A program made the translations under genes and the position numbers. Shown here piece after piece: positions 24,458 to 33,434 of a DNA stretch of 40,593 bases. Below the pieces are notes generated by a model. That model was not told the origin of the DNA, ran no database searches, and worked only from the letters and a program-made list of their open reading frames with translations. Source of the DNA: a virus; IMG/VR virus record IMGVR_UViG_3300045988_115300, positions 1 through 40,593 of that record; one strand, 5' to 3'. Each line of letters begins with the position of its first letter. Position 1 is the first letter of the stretch.

Positions 24458-24842
24458 GTTCGACGATGCCAAGCGTGCCGCTTTGGAGCGGCAGGGATGG
24501 CATTGCCTGCGTTGCGGGACGAACATCCATGACCCGTCACGCTGGCCTGGACGCAGTGGCCATCACCGTCAACTGCGGCGGGCGGCGAATCCGGATGTGA
24601 GGCACAGTCCGGCCAACATCGTCGAACTGTGCGGCAGCGGGACCACGGGCTGCCATGGGTGGGTCCACCAGCATGTGGCCGAGGCGGAGCGACTGGGATT
24701 AATCGTGCCGTTCGGCGCGGATCCGCGTGATGTGCCGGTGTTCGACTGGGAGGGCCGGTGGCTGCGGTTGAACAAGGACGGGACCGCGACCCCGCTCACA
24801 CAGACCGAAATCATTCTCCTACAAACGAAAGGAAACCAATGA
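24450..24842 (+). CDS. HNH endonuclease
   Basis: 130 aa; CLRCG...HHRQLRR...NIVELCGSGTTGCHGWVH. Confidence 0.75.
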   Translation: MSEFDDAKRAALERQGWHCLRCGTNIHDPSRWPGRSGHHRQLRRAANPDVRHSPANIVELCGSGTTGCHGWVHQHVAEAERLGLIVPFGADPRDVPVFDWEGRWLRLNKDGTATPLTQTEIILLQTKGNQ

Positions 24843-25435
24843 TGAGCGAGGAAAAAGCCAAAGAGGACATGCCGCTATGGATGGACGTGGAGACCACGGG
24901 TCTCGACCCGGACCATGACAGGATCCTCGAGGTGGAAATGCGTTGCACTGACATGAGAGGCGTGCGGTGCGTCGGAGGTTTCCGCCGCGTCATCGGACTG
25001 CAAGGCCGCAAGGCATCCATTACGGACGGGAACATCAAGGCGTGGCGCATGCACTGCGCCAACGGACTACTCGAAGACGCTCTCGACGGCGGATATACGG
25101 AGGAGGCGACGGCGAACGCGCTCGAGGAATACGTCGACAGCCTCGCGCAATCGTTCACCCTCCATCCGGCAGGCAGCGACCCGCAGTTCGACATCGACTT
25201 CATCACCCGACTCTGCCCGAACCTCCCGCTGCACTACCACCGCATCGACATGGCCACCCTCCGCGACAGTCTCGAAGCCGCCGGCTGGGACGTGAGGCCG
25301 GAAGAGGAGACGCCCGCAGCCAGCGCCCACCGCACCGGCACATGCCTCGACCGCGACATCCGCCAATACGCGCGCATCATCCGCCAACTCGCCGCTCATC
25401 CGGTCCGATACGTCGCCACGAAAGAAGCAAGGTGA
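24839..25435 (+). CDS. DEDDh 3'-5' exonuclease (oligoribonuclease-like)
   Basis: 198 aa; LWMDVETTGLDPDHDRILEV (Exo I), GSDPQFDIDFI (Exo II) and HYHRIDMATL (Exo III). Confidence 0.72.
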   Translation: MMSEEKAKEDMPLWMDVETTGLDPDHDRILEVEMRCTDMRGVRCVGGFRRVIGLQGRKASITDGNIKAWRMHCANGLLEDALDGGYTEEATANALEEYVDSLAQSFTLHPAGSDPQFDIDFITRLCPNLPLHYHRIDMATLRDSLEAAGWDVRPEEETPAASAHRTGTCLDRDIRQYARIIRQLAAHPVRYVATKEAR

Positions 25436-25530
25436 TGGACGTCGCAGCCGTGATCCTCCTCATCGCCGCCATCCTGATCGGCTGGATGGCCAACCGGCCG
25501 TGAAACCGCCACACACTGAAAGGAACCTGA

Positions 25531-25779
25531 ATGAAACAGACCATCAACCGTATCTCCAACCGCGTCGGCGACTGGTTCGCCACGCTGTTCACCTTCGCCG
25601 CGCTGCTGCTCGTGCCGCACGCCATCATCCGGCCGGTCATCGGCTACAGCCTCCACTACTGGATCCCAATCCAATGGCTCGCACTGCACGCCGTGCTCAT
25701 CATCCTCGCGCTCTGCATGGCGCTCGCCGCCTATGTCATCGCGGACCGCACCGCCGTGGAACCACCGGAAACATACTGA
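25531..25779 (+). CDS. Hypothetical membrane protein
   Basis: 82 aa, two to three hydrophobic helices. Confidence 0.5.
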   Translation: MKQTINRISNRVGDWFATLFTFAALLLVPHAIIRPVIGYSLHYWIPIQWLALHAVLIILALCMALAAYVIADRTAVEPPETY

Positions 25780-25790
25780 AAGGAGCCATC

Positions 25791-26060
25791 ATGGCAGACC
25801 AGGAGACCATCACGATCGGTCTGGAGACGCAGAACAAGGTGGCCAAGGCCATCTACCTGCGCTGGTATCGCAACGGCCGCCGCCATCCACGCCAATGGAA
25901 CGAGATGGCCATGGAGGACAAGGAGCCATGGAGGCGCGTGGCCAAGGACGCCATCAGAACGTTCTTCGCCTCTCCCGAGTTCCAGACGTTGCTCGACGAC
26001 GTGTACGACGAAGGTTACGACGACGCCAAGAACGAACACGAAGGCGAGGAGCCGCGGTGA
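25791..26060 (+). CDS. Hypothetical protein
   Basis: 89 aa; AAAGGAGCCATCATG. Confidence 0.6.
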   Translation: MADQETITIGLETQNKVAKAIYLRWYRNGRRHPRQWNEMAMEDKEPWRRVAKDAIRTFFASPEFQTLLDDVYDEGYDDAKNEHEGEEPR

Positions 26061-26308
26061 GCGTCAACGTCCCGCTGCATAAATGGCGGTCGGCCGACCC
26101 GGCCATCCTGATCGGCCGCCGCTGCATCGCCCGCACCGACGACGACGTCGTCATCGACGGCCGACTCGAACTCATCCGCTGGCCGGACGGCACCGCCACC
26201 CTCCGATTCCAAGGCATCGGAAACGACATCATCGACCACGATCCGAACACATGTTCCAACAGCATGAGCGACGGCATACGAAGTCTCGCCGTCTACGGAA
26301 AGGAATAA
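26057..26308 (+). CDS. Hypothetical protein
   Basis: 83 aa; the GTG start overlaps the upstream stop. Confidence 0.45.
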   Translation: MSVNVPLHKWRSADPAILIGRRCIARTDDDVVIDGRLELIRWPDGTATLRFQGIGNDIIDHDPNTCSNSMSDGIRSLAVYGKE

Positions 26309-26350
26309 CCAATGGAACCACTGGACCACACACATGAAAAAGGAAACCCA

Positions 26351-26635
26351 ATGAGAAACACCATCTGCGCCACACTTACCGCCATCACACTCACCCTCTG
26401 CACCGTTCTCGCGGGATGCGGGAGCGCGTCGGAGCCTTCCACGCCAGCGCATGCGGTCAGGTCCATCGACTCGCAATGCACCGATGGAGGCACCGCCCAT
26501 GGTTTCCACGAGTGCGCCATCACGTTGTCCGATACACGAAAGGTGGACTGCATCGTCTACGCATGGGGAAAGCAAGGCGGCCTGTCCTGCGACTGGAGCC
26601 ATGTGAGCGGAGCGGACAAGGAGCCGGACCGATGA
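26351..26635 (+). CDS. Small lipoprotein
   Basis: MRNTICATLTAITLTLCTVLAGCGSAS carries a canonical LAGC lipobox; the mature part has 4 further Cys. Confidence 0.6.
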   Translation: MRNTICATLTAITLTLCTVLAGCGSASEPSTPAHAVRSIDSQCTDGGTAHGFHECAITLSDTRKVDCIVYAWGKQGGLSCDWSHVSGADKEPDR

Positions 26636-27051
26636 GCTACCGGGAAATCCATGAGCTGTTCGTCGTCTGCGACGAGTGCCATACAAGCCTTTCCGTCGAT
26701 GACGCGACCTACGAGGACGCCGACAACGAGGCCGTCGACCACGGCTGGCAATGTGACGAGTTCCAAGGCAGGCACTACTGTCCGCTCCACTGGCACGTCG
26801 AATGCCATGACTGCGACATCACCGACAGTGGAGCGCCGGACGAACTGGAAGCCGCGGGATGGCACATCGACCGAGATTATCCATGCGACAGCCTCTGTCC
26901 GAACCACCGTCATCTCTCATGCCGCGAATGCCGCAAGTGGGATGTCGGACCTCTGCATCGGCTCGAATACGAGGGATGGCAAGTCAATTCCATCGACCCC
27001 AACGCCAGCCTTTGCCCGGAATGTGCCAAAACCAAGAAGGAAACAAAATGA
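26632..27051 (+). CDS. Cys/His-rich (zinc-finger-like) hypothetical protein
   Basis: 139 aa with several CxxC/CxxH pairs (CDEC, CPLH, CHDC, CREC, CPEC). Confidence 0.6.
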   Translation: MSYREIHELFVVCDECHTSLSVDDATYEDADNEAVDHGWQCDEFQGRHYCPLHWHVECHDCDITDSGAPDELEAAGWHIDRDYPCDSLCPNHRHLSCRECRKWDVGPLHRLEYEGWQVNSIDPNASLCPECAKTKKETK

Positions 27052-27497
27052 GAAACAGCGACGCAGACATCGCCATCGACGTGCTCAACAAACTCATCGC
27101 CCAGGAACTCGAAGCCGCGAGCGCCGGAATGCGTTTTGGCAATCGACCCCTCGAGGAAAGTGCGTCGATTCGATACCACGCCTACATCAATGCCAGGGAC
27201 AAGATTCGGGAGGCGCTCGCCGATGCCGTGGAGGAGCGGGATGCTCGGAACCCGTTCCAGTGTCAGCGTGATGAGTTGGTCACGCAGGATATGCACACCT
27301 GCGATTTGTGCGGCCGGTGGTGTTCAAGTCCCGTCTATTCCATAGGCCTCATCTATGGCGGCCAGGCGAAGACATTCACCGAGGTGTGCGCCGACTGCAT
27401 GTGGCGTCTCAAATTCCAGCCGGTCAAAACCATCTCGCTGGACATTTACCGGCTTTTTGAGAAGTGGTTGGACGAGCAGAAGGAGACGGAGCGGTGA
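27048..27497 (+). CDS. Hypothetical protein
   Basis: 149 aa, ATGA overlap with the upstream gene; contains CDLC...CADC. Confidence 0.55.
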   Translation: MRNSDADIAIDVLNKLIAQELEAASAGMRFGNRPLEESASIRYHAYINARDKIREALADAVEERDARNPFQCQRDELVTQDMHTCDLCGRWCSSPVYSIGLIYGGQAKTFTEVCADCMWRLKFQPVKTISLDIYRLFEKWLDEQKETER

Positions 27498-27733
27498 GCA
27501 GGAAATTTAAGGTAGTGCCGGTTATGTACGCGGCAAGCGGAGCCGTGTACACGCTGAAGCTGCAGAATACGGAAGCGCTCGCCGGTCTGCTTTCCGACGG
27601 ATGGAGCGTGATGCGCACCGACGTGTTGCCGGGACTCGGCGGCAAAGGCGAGTACGAGGTGGAGTCGAACATATGCTATGAGCCATCATTCCCGCCGACA
27701 ATCGTCTACATCCTTGAGAAGGAGACGGAATGA
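27494..27733 (+). CDS. Hypothetical protein
   Basis: 79 aa; the GTG start overlaps the upstream stop. Confidence 0.45.
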   Translation: MSRKFKVVPVMYAASGAVYTLKLQNTEALAGLLSDGWSVMRTDVLPGLGGKGEYEVESNICYEPSFPPTIVYILEKETE

Positions 27734-28008
27734 TGAACAGCATCAGTCGTAACAAACGGCGCTCGCCGCATGCGTGCCGGAGCGCGGTCGGGATATTCAT
27801 TTGCGCGAGCAATGGCATCGGTCCGGCGCAATACGAGGTCAGCCTGCGCAGGATAGAGCATTGCGTCATCTGCGGCAGGTGGTGGAAGCTGTACGCCGCG
27901 TCCTCGCATCTGACCATCTGGACCGAACCGCCCGGATGGGTGGTGTGGCTGCTGCGACACAAGACCTGGAAGACCATGCACAATCAACAGAGAAAGGAAT
28001 CGAAATGA
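27730..28008 (+). CDS. Hypothetical protein
   Basis: 92 aa, ATGA overlaps at both ends; the composition is not very protein-like. Confidence 0.35.
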   Translation: MMNSISRNKRRSPHACRSAVGIFICASNGIGPAQYEVSLRRIEHCVICGRWWKLYAASSHLTIWTEPPGWVVWLLRHKTWKTMHNQQRKESK

Positions 28009-28472
28009 GCGAGGAAACACTGGAACCGCCGCTCCCGCCGATCGACGCGCGCACCGAAGCCGTCGCCGAACGCCTGTTCGGACTCAAATTTGCACTCCGC
28101 AAAGACGATCCGAAACACATCCACGACGAATGGGAGCATGCGGCCGACTGGATCCACGACGGATACCTGCGTCAAGCCATCGAAGTGCTATCCGCGGCCG
28201 ACCAAGCGGACGGCGCCACCGCCAGCGACTACAAGGAGCGCATGCGCGTCGAATACCAAGAGCTCACCGGCCGCGCCAACAAGCTCAGGGACATGCTGCA
28301 GCGGTACGCGGATGGCACGCTCGACTTCGAGCCCACCTGCCCGATCACTCTGCTGAGCAGGCAGCTCGACGTCATGGACGAATACGCTCTCATCCTCCGC
28401 AGGCGCGCCAACATCGAGCGCATCAGCCTCGGCGAACAGCGCATCGACACGGCCACCAGGGACACCCGATGA
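28005..28472 (+). CDS. Conserved-looking hypothetical phage protein
   Basis: 155 aa; AAAGGAATCGAAATG; helical C-terminal region YKERMRVEYQELTGRANKLRDMLQ. Confidence 0.6.
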   Translation: MSEETLEPPLPPIDARTEAVAERLFGLKFALRKDDPKHIHDEWEHAADWIHDGYLRQAIEVLSAADQADGATASDYKERMRVEYQELTGRANKLRDMLQRYADGTLDFEPTCPITLLSRQLDVMDEYALILRRRANIERISLGEQRIDTATRDTR

Positions 28473-28551
28473 GCGACACGTCCGACCGTATCCGCGCCGT
28501 CATCCAATGCGTCACAGGCCTGCCGGCCGACCCAACAAAGGAGAACAAGCA

Positions 28552-28854
28552 ATGAGCAACGACATCGATAAAAGCGTAAACCGCCTCAACGCAGCCGAAA
28601 CCATCCGCCGCCAGGCCATCGCACTGCAGAAACACATCAGCGAAGCGCTCGCCGGCCTCCAAACCCTCAGCGGCAGCGAAGACATCCAAATCAGCCACGC
28701 GCTCACCATGGCCACCGTCCAAGCATCCAAGGCACTCAAACAGGCGCACCTGATGCAGGACGCGGCCGACGTGCTCGATCAAGCCGACCAGCGGGACGAG
28801 GAGGACAACATCAGCCGCATGCTCATCAGCAAGATTGCCCAGCAAGGCGAATAA
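28552..28854 (+). CDS. Hypothetical protein
   Basis: 100 aa; AAGGAGAACAAGCAATG. Confidence 0.55.
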   Translation: MSNDIDKSVNRLNAAETIRRQAIALQKHISEALAGLQTLSGSEDIQISHALTMATVQASKALKQAHLMQDAADVLDQADQRDEEDNISRMLISKIAQQGE

Positions 28855-28927
28855 AAAGAGAGGCCCCGCCAAGCCGGTAGAACCTCCAAGAAACCAACCA
28901 CCATTCTAGCCGGAAGCGGGATCACTC

Positions 28928-29689
28928 ATGAACAAATGCCAACAATGCGGCGAACCAGCACAAACCACCCTCTGCAAAACCTGCGCCAAACACATGCGCC
29001 GACAGGCCAGCAGCCTCGCCAAAACCATCCCCGAACTCCGCGCGCTCGCCGAACGCAAGGCGCACATCGGCGAGCGCGGTGGTGGCGTTCGTGGTGGTGA
29101 GCCTGGGTTGCCGGTGAGTGTGCATTGGCTGGAGGTGTATGAGGAGGCGGCCCGCTTGATGCTTCGGCTGGCGGGTTGCGTGGATCTCAAGTGGATGCTG
29201 TTGCCGGTCGAGGGGTGGCGGCCGGCGTATCGGGCGGTGTGCAGGTCGTGGTCGCGTGTGGTGTGTTCGCCGTCGGCCGGCGAGCTGGCCGATCGGCTGG
29301 ACAGGATGCTCAGGCGCGTCGACCGGCTTTCCACGCCTTCGGACGGCAGGGTGACTGTCGTGCAATGCCCGGACTGTTCGACGTCGCTGGCCGTGCCGCA
29401 GGGCATGCGTGATGGCTGGTGTCCTGAGTGTGGCGAGCGTTTGGACTTGGACATGCTGGTGGCCGGCAGACTGGGGGAGGCTGGACAGGCGGTTATGACG
29501 TGTTCGCCCGCCGAGGCGGCCGACTGGCTGACCGACCGTGCCGGACTGCGCACCACGCGCAAGCAGGTGTCCAACTGGCTGACTCGTGGCAGGCTGTCGA
29601 AGGCACGGCGGATCGGCCGTGGCATGTGGGAATTCAATCAAGCCGAGCTGGTCGACACGCGACTTGCGCAAGAGGGTGAGTCCATGTAA
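28928..29689 (+). CDS. Zinc-ribbon plus C-terminal HTH DNA-binding protein (possible late-gene regulator)
   Basis: 253 aa; the N-terminus has CQQCG...CKTC; the middle has CPDC...CPECG; the C-terminus has a DNA-binding-like RKQVSNWLTRGRLSKARRIGRGMWEF. It is the last gene before a terminator and the packaging genes. Confidence 0.6.
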   Translation: MNKCQQCGEPAQTTLCKTCAKHMRRQASSLAKTIPELRALAERKAHIGERGGGVRGGEPGLPVSVHWLEVYEEAARLMLRLAGCVDLKWMLLPVEGWRPAYRAVCRSWSRVVCSPSAGELADRLDRMLRRVDRLSTPSDGRVTVVQCPDCSTSLAVPQGMRDGWCPECGERLDLDMLVAGRLGEAGQAVMTCSPAEAADWLTDRAGLRTTRKQVSNWLTRGRLSKARRIGRGMWEFNQAELVDTRLAQEGESM

Positions 29690-29701
29690 TCTGTAAAAGA
29701 T

Positions 29702-29735
29702 GCACCATGCCCGAAGGGTCTGGTGCTTTTCTTTT
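29702..29735 (+). terminator. Rho-independent terminator ending the early/middle operon
   Basis: GCACCA/TGGTGC outer stem and CCC-GAA-GGG inner stem, followed by TTTTCTTTT. A TATAAT hexamer follows at 29745-29750. Confidence 0.65.
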
Positions 29736-29922
29736 ACCAATGCTTATAATCGTTGCTGTCCGGCGTGGAGCCACTAGCAACCCTTGGAGCCGTCGCACCG
29801 AAGGACGTCGACCATGGCGGCGACACCCGTCGCGTCGGTGGCCCATGAATCGGGGGTGGCCAGCTGGGGGACCTTCGCGGGAGACGTACCCCAGACATGC
29901 CGGGCCTCCGATGGGGGATTTG

Positions 29923-30315
29923 ATGTACAAGGTATGCTCCACCTCCGGCTGCCCGCACCTGGTATCCTCCGGCTCCCTGTGTGACGAGTGCAGGAAAGCC
30001 AAGGACAAGCGCCGCTCGCGCGGCCGCAATCCATACACCTCGAAGGCGCATCGTCTCGCACGAGCCCGTGTGCTGGCGAGGGACCCGCGATGCGTCTGCC
30101 CTGGTGACGGACCCGACGGATGCGGCAGGCACCATGGCCTGTGCGGCGCCCCCAGCACCATCGCCGACCATTGGCCGCTCGAACGCGTCGAACTCGTCGA
30201 AGCCGGACTGGACCCCAACGATCCGGCGCGCATGCGCGGCCTGTGCAAGCGTTGCCACGACAGCAAGACGGCAAGGACGAAACCTTCAGGCTTCAACGGT
30301 CGAAGCCTTCGCTGA
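29923..30315 (+). CDS. HNH endonuclease (packaging-associated)
   Basis: 130 aa; CPHLVSSGSLCDEC...TIADHWPLERV...LCKRCHDSKT; directly upstream of the cos-like region and the terminase genes. Confidence 0.8.
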   Translation: MYKVCSTSGCPHLVSSGSLCDECRKAKDKRRSRGRNPYTSKAHRLARARVLARDPRCVCPGDGPDGCGRHHGLCGAPSTIADHWPLERVELVEAGLDPNDPARMRGLCKRCHDSKTARTKPSGFNGRSLR

Positions 30316-30396
30316 TTCATCTCATCTGCTGCGCGCATGCGGTACGTCGAGCCAAGCCGACGACGTCCGGCGCGCGCCGCAAGCGTGAGGCGAAGC

Positions 30397-30525
30397 GGAA
30401 AACGAAAAGCGATCAAGTCTTTTTCAATTCGGTTCGCGGCCCGCCGCGAAGACGAACGCGCGGTATTGGAAAACGTTGGAAAATCAACGAAAACAAACCG
30501 GCGAAACACCCACGGGGGTACCCCC
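30397..30525. other. cos-like / terminase recognition region
   Basis: Phased GGAAAA/CGAAAA motifs at about 30397, 30404, 30468, 30478, 30489 and 30502, plus the 12-bp palindrome GGGGGTACCCCC at 30514-30525. They lie in a 348-bp gap with no credible ORF between HNH and terS. Confidence 0.45.
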
Positions 30526-30663
30526 TAACGGATTGGCGGCCGGAACCGCCGGAGAGCTGTCTCCGAGGTGCGGAGGGTTCAAAAGTTTCAGAGGGGGGCG
30601 GGCGAAAGGCCCGGCCGCCGACAGCGAAGGAACGGCGCGAGGCCGTCCGACGATGGAGGAAGC

Positions 30664-31215
30664 ATGCCAAGAGGAGGAAAACGCGTCAGATCCGGTCCGA
30701 TGCCCGATCCGTCGAGCGGAGCGAGCGAACGCAGGGGATACACCCTGCGCAGTCTGCCGAACACCGAATACAAAGGCAGGCCGCCGAAATTCCCGCTACC
30801 ACCGTATGTGCTCCGCGATTTCGACAAGGAGTCGCAGGAATGGGTCGAGGACAGGGCCGGTTCGGAATCCTGGAACAATCGGGAGGCCGAACTGTGGAAG
30901 CAATTGTGGCGTCTGCCGCAGGCGCGCGCATGGAAACAGCCGCAGCTGAAGTACCTGCACTACCAGATCGCCTCGTATGTCCGCGAATGCGTGGTGTGCG
31001 AGAGCCCGTCGGCCAAGGCGGCCGACGTGGCCGTGAAGATCAGGCTCGAGGACCGCATCGGCCTGTCCGAGGCTGGATTACAGGCGCTCGGCTGGAAGAT
31101 CTCCGAGGACAACGTCGACATGGCCGCCCACGAGGTGCCCGCCACGGACGCGGAGGCCGCGGAGAGCGGCATGGACACCAAGATCGTCCAGTTCCCACGC
31201 CGGTTGAGGGCGTGA
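30664..31215 (+). CDS. terS: Terminase small subunit (P27-like)
   Basis: 183 aa from MPRGGKRVRSGPMPDP...; GGAGGAAGCATG; directly upstream of terL. Confidence 0.72.
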   Translation: MPRGGKRVRSGPMPDPSSGASERRGYTLRSLPNTEYKGRPPKFPLPPYVLRDFDKESQEWVEDRAGSESWNNREAELWKQLWRLPQARAWKQPQLKYLHYQIASYVRECVVCESPSAKAADVAVKIRLEDRIGLSEAGLQALGWKISEDNVDMAAHEVPATDAEAAESGMDTKIVQFPRRLRA

Positions 31216-31216
31216 C

Positions 31217-32335
31217 ATGGCCGACGATTGGATCATCGACTTCCCGACCCTCGCCGACCTGCAGGATGCGTGGGTTCGGCGGCATGTGCGCCAGCCCGAC
31301 GGCATCCTCCGCGGCAAGCCCTTCTGCTGGTCAGATTGGCAGTTCTGGTACGCCGCGCACCGCTGGAGGGTGCGCGAGGACGCGGAATTCATCCCGCCCG
31401 AAGAGGTCACGGTCGATAATCCGCTGGTCCTCAACCAGGCTTTCCAATATCGTCTGACCGGCTGCATCGGCCCGCAGAAGACAGGCAAGGGGCCAACCGA
31501 GGCGTCATGCGCCATACTCGAGGCATGCGGCCCAGTCGTGTTCGCCGGATGGGCGAAGCCCGGCGACGTGTACCGCTGCTCCGACAACGGCTGCCCCTGC
31601 GGATGGGTCTACCACTACAATCCGGGCGAGCCGAAGGGCATGCGACACCCGTCGCCGCTCATCCAGCTGACCGCGAACTCCGAGGACCAGGTGCGCAACG
31701 CCTACCGTCCACTCGTCGCGATGATCCGGCTCGGGCCGTTGAAGCAGCTGCTCAAGGTGCGCGAGGGTTTCATTCGCATCCTGCGCCCCGGAATCAACTT
31801 GGACGATGACGATCTCGACCTCGACCGCATCGACGTGGTGACCGCGTCGGCCACCAGCCGTCTGGGCAACCCGATCTCGGACGCGGAACAGGACGAGGCC
31901 GGTTTGTACACCAAGTCGAACGGCATGCTCGACGTGGCCGACACCCAACGGCGCGGCGCCGCCGGCATGGGCGGCAGGACGCACTTCTGGACCAACGCAT
32001 ACGACCCCGGCGAGAACAGTTACGCGCAACAGCAGTTCGAGACATCGGCATCGGATGTGTGGATCTTCTACCGCAACCCGGATTTAAACCCGGACCTGCG
32101 GCACAAGGACGGCACGCCATACAGCTTCAACAACCGGCGCGAACGCCGCAGGATCCTCGAATGGGTCTACGCCGGCAGCCCGTGGGTGCCTTTGGACTCC
32201 GTCGAGGCGGAGGCCGAGGCGCTCATGGAGAAGGACCCGGCACAGGCCGAGCGCTTTTTCGGCAACCGAATGGTGCAGGGAGGCGGCGCATGGCTCGAGG
32301 ACGGACTATGGGAGAGCTGCTATGCGGGACAATAG
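31217..32335 (+). CDS. terL: Terminase large subunit, N-terminal ATPase half (separate ORF)
   Basis: 372 aa; P-loop-like CIGPQKTGKGPT; acidic DVVTASATS.../DEAG region. It ends ...GGGAWLEDGLWESCYAGQ* where single-chain TerL proteins continue into the nuclease domain. Confidence 0.82.
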   Translation: MADDWIIDFPTLADLQDAWVRRHVRQPDGILRGKPFCWSDWQFWYAAHRWRVREDAEFIPPEEVTVDNPLVLNQAFQYRLTGCIGPQKTGKGPTEASCAILEACGPVVFAGWAKPGDVYRCSDNGCPCGWVYHYNPGEPKGMRHPSPLIQLTANSEDQVRNAYRPLVAMIRLGPLKQLLKVREGFIRILRPGINLDDDDLDLDRIDVVTASATSRLGNPISDAEQDEAGLYTKSNGMLDVADTQRRGAAGMGGRTHFWTNAYDPGENSYAQQQFETSASDVWIFYRNPDLNPDLRHKDGTPYSFNNRRERRRILEWVYAGSPWVPLDSVEAEAEALMEKDPAQAERFFGNRMVQGGGAWLEDGLWESCYAGQ

Positions 32336-33065
32336 ACCACTCGACAAATCAAGGATGCGGACGATGAGGCAATACAATCTTCCGCTGCTGCAAAAGGTGC
32401 GGACGGTTGGCAGATACGACATGCCAATGCTTGCAAAACAGGACGTCACCACCCCTGACACGTTGATGGGCTTCAATTACGCGACCGGCAAAAAGACAGT
32501 CAAGCATTGCGGAATCCATTTCTTCATCGATGACTACCAGTTCCAGAGAGTCTGGAACCAGCCGGACAGATACATCGCACCGCTCAAACGCTTCCAGTGT
32601 GTGCTGACGCCTGATTTCAGCACATACATGGACATGCCGGAAGCGATGAAGATCTATAACGTCTTCCGAAGCCGTCTGATCGGAGCATACTGGCAGTCCT
32701 GCGGGCTGAAAGTCATCCCAACGCTTCAATGGGCTGGCCCAGAATCGTTCTCTTACTGCTTTTCAGGCATTCCAAACAACTCCACCGTCGCGGTAAGCAC
32801 TGTCGGAGCGAATGACAATCCGACGGCAGAGCTCTATTGGCGGCTCGGCATGCGGTACGCGATCGACAGGCTTGAACCGGAAAAGATTCTCCTCTACGGA
32901 GATGCCATTCCGTTTTTCGACTTCGGTGGCGCCGAAGTCGTCGCATACGAAAACAGCAATGTGGAAAGGATGAAAAAATGGGCGGAAGAGGATCAAGCTC
33001 GGGCGCAGGCCGTGGCGGACATGGCGGCGGAGGGGGAGGCTCTGCCACCGACCTCTCATCCGTAA
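32322..33065 (+). CDS. DUF4417-like protein encoded inside the split terL
   Basis: 247 aa; GIHFFIDDYQFQRVWNQPDRY...VLTPDFSTYMDMPEAMKIYNVFRSRLIGAYWQ...VIPTLQW matches my recollection of the DUF4417 family (not searched). More A+T-rich than the flanks. The start could also be 32355 or 32364. Confidence 0.65.
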   Translation: MRDNRPLDKSRMRTMRQYNLPLLQKVRTVGRYDMPMLAKQDVTTPDTLMGFNYATGKKTVKHCGIHFFIDDYQFQRVWNQPDRYIAPLKRFQCVLTPDFSTYMDMPEAMKIYNVFRSRLIGAYWQSCGLKVIPTLQWAGPESFSYCFSGIPNNSTVAVSTVGANDNPTAELYWRLGMRYAIDRLEPEKILLYGDAIPFFDFGGAEVVAYENSNVERMKKWAEEDQARAQAVADMAAEGEALPPTSHP

Positions 33066-33433
33066 GCGACTCGGATCTCACCAAGATGATGCGCGACGCG
33101 GGAAACCGCATGGACGCCGCATCGGAAATCATGCAGAGAACTGCGCACGGAGCCACGCAATACAACCAGCGCATGCCGGAAAGCGTCTTTCCGGAGGCAA
33201 CCAAGGCGAACTACGACAAATACCAAGCGGCTTCCAAGGCATTCCACACCGCCAGAGCACAGCGCGACAGAATCTCCGACGAACAGATCCGACGCCAACC
33301 AAAATCAAGCGGCACAAGCCGCGCATTCGTCAATTCCTTCGGCGAAGCGACGACAAGGGAGATCACAAACCAGAACTACCAGCGCTCGCAGAAGAGTTTG
33401 TCGAAATCGGTCTTGAGGAACATGGGATACTAG
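32978..33433 (+). CDS. Gly-rich N-terminus hypothetical protein (second gene of the terL insertion)
   Basis: 151 aa; MGGRGSSSGAGRGGHGGGGGGS...FVNSFGEATTREITNQNYQRSQKSLSKSVLRNMGY. Overlaps the upstream ORF by 88 nt in the -1 frame. Its stop lies 1 nt before the terL C-half ATG. Confidence 0.55.
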   Translation: MGGRGSSSGAGRGGHGGGGGGSATDLSSVSDSDLTKMMRDAGNRMDAASEIMQRTAHGATQYNQRMPESVFPEATKANYDKYQAASKAFHTARAQRDRISDEQIRRQPKSSGTSRAFVNSFGEATTREITNQNYQRSQKSLSKSVLRNMGY

Positions 33434-33434
33434 C

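Noticed and set aside
30120-31457. 445-aa + strand ORF spanning HNH, the cos region, terS and the terL start
   Set aside because: Extremely Arg-rich, and it crosses several better-supported genes in other frames.
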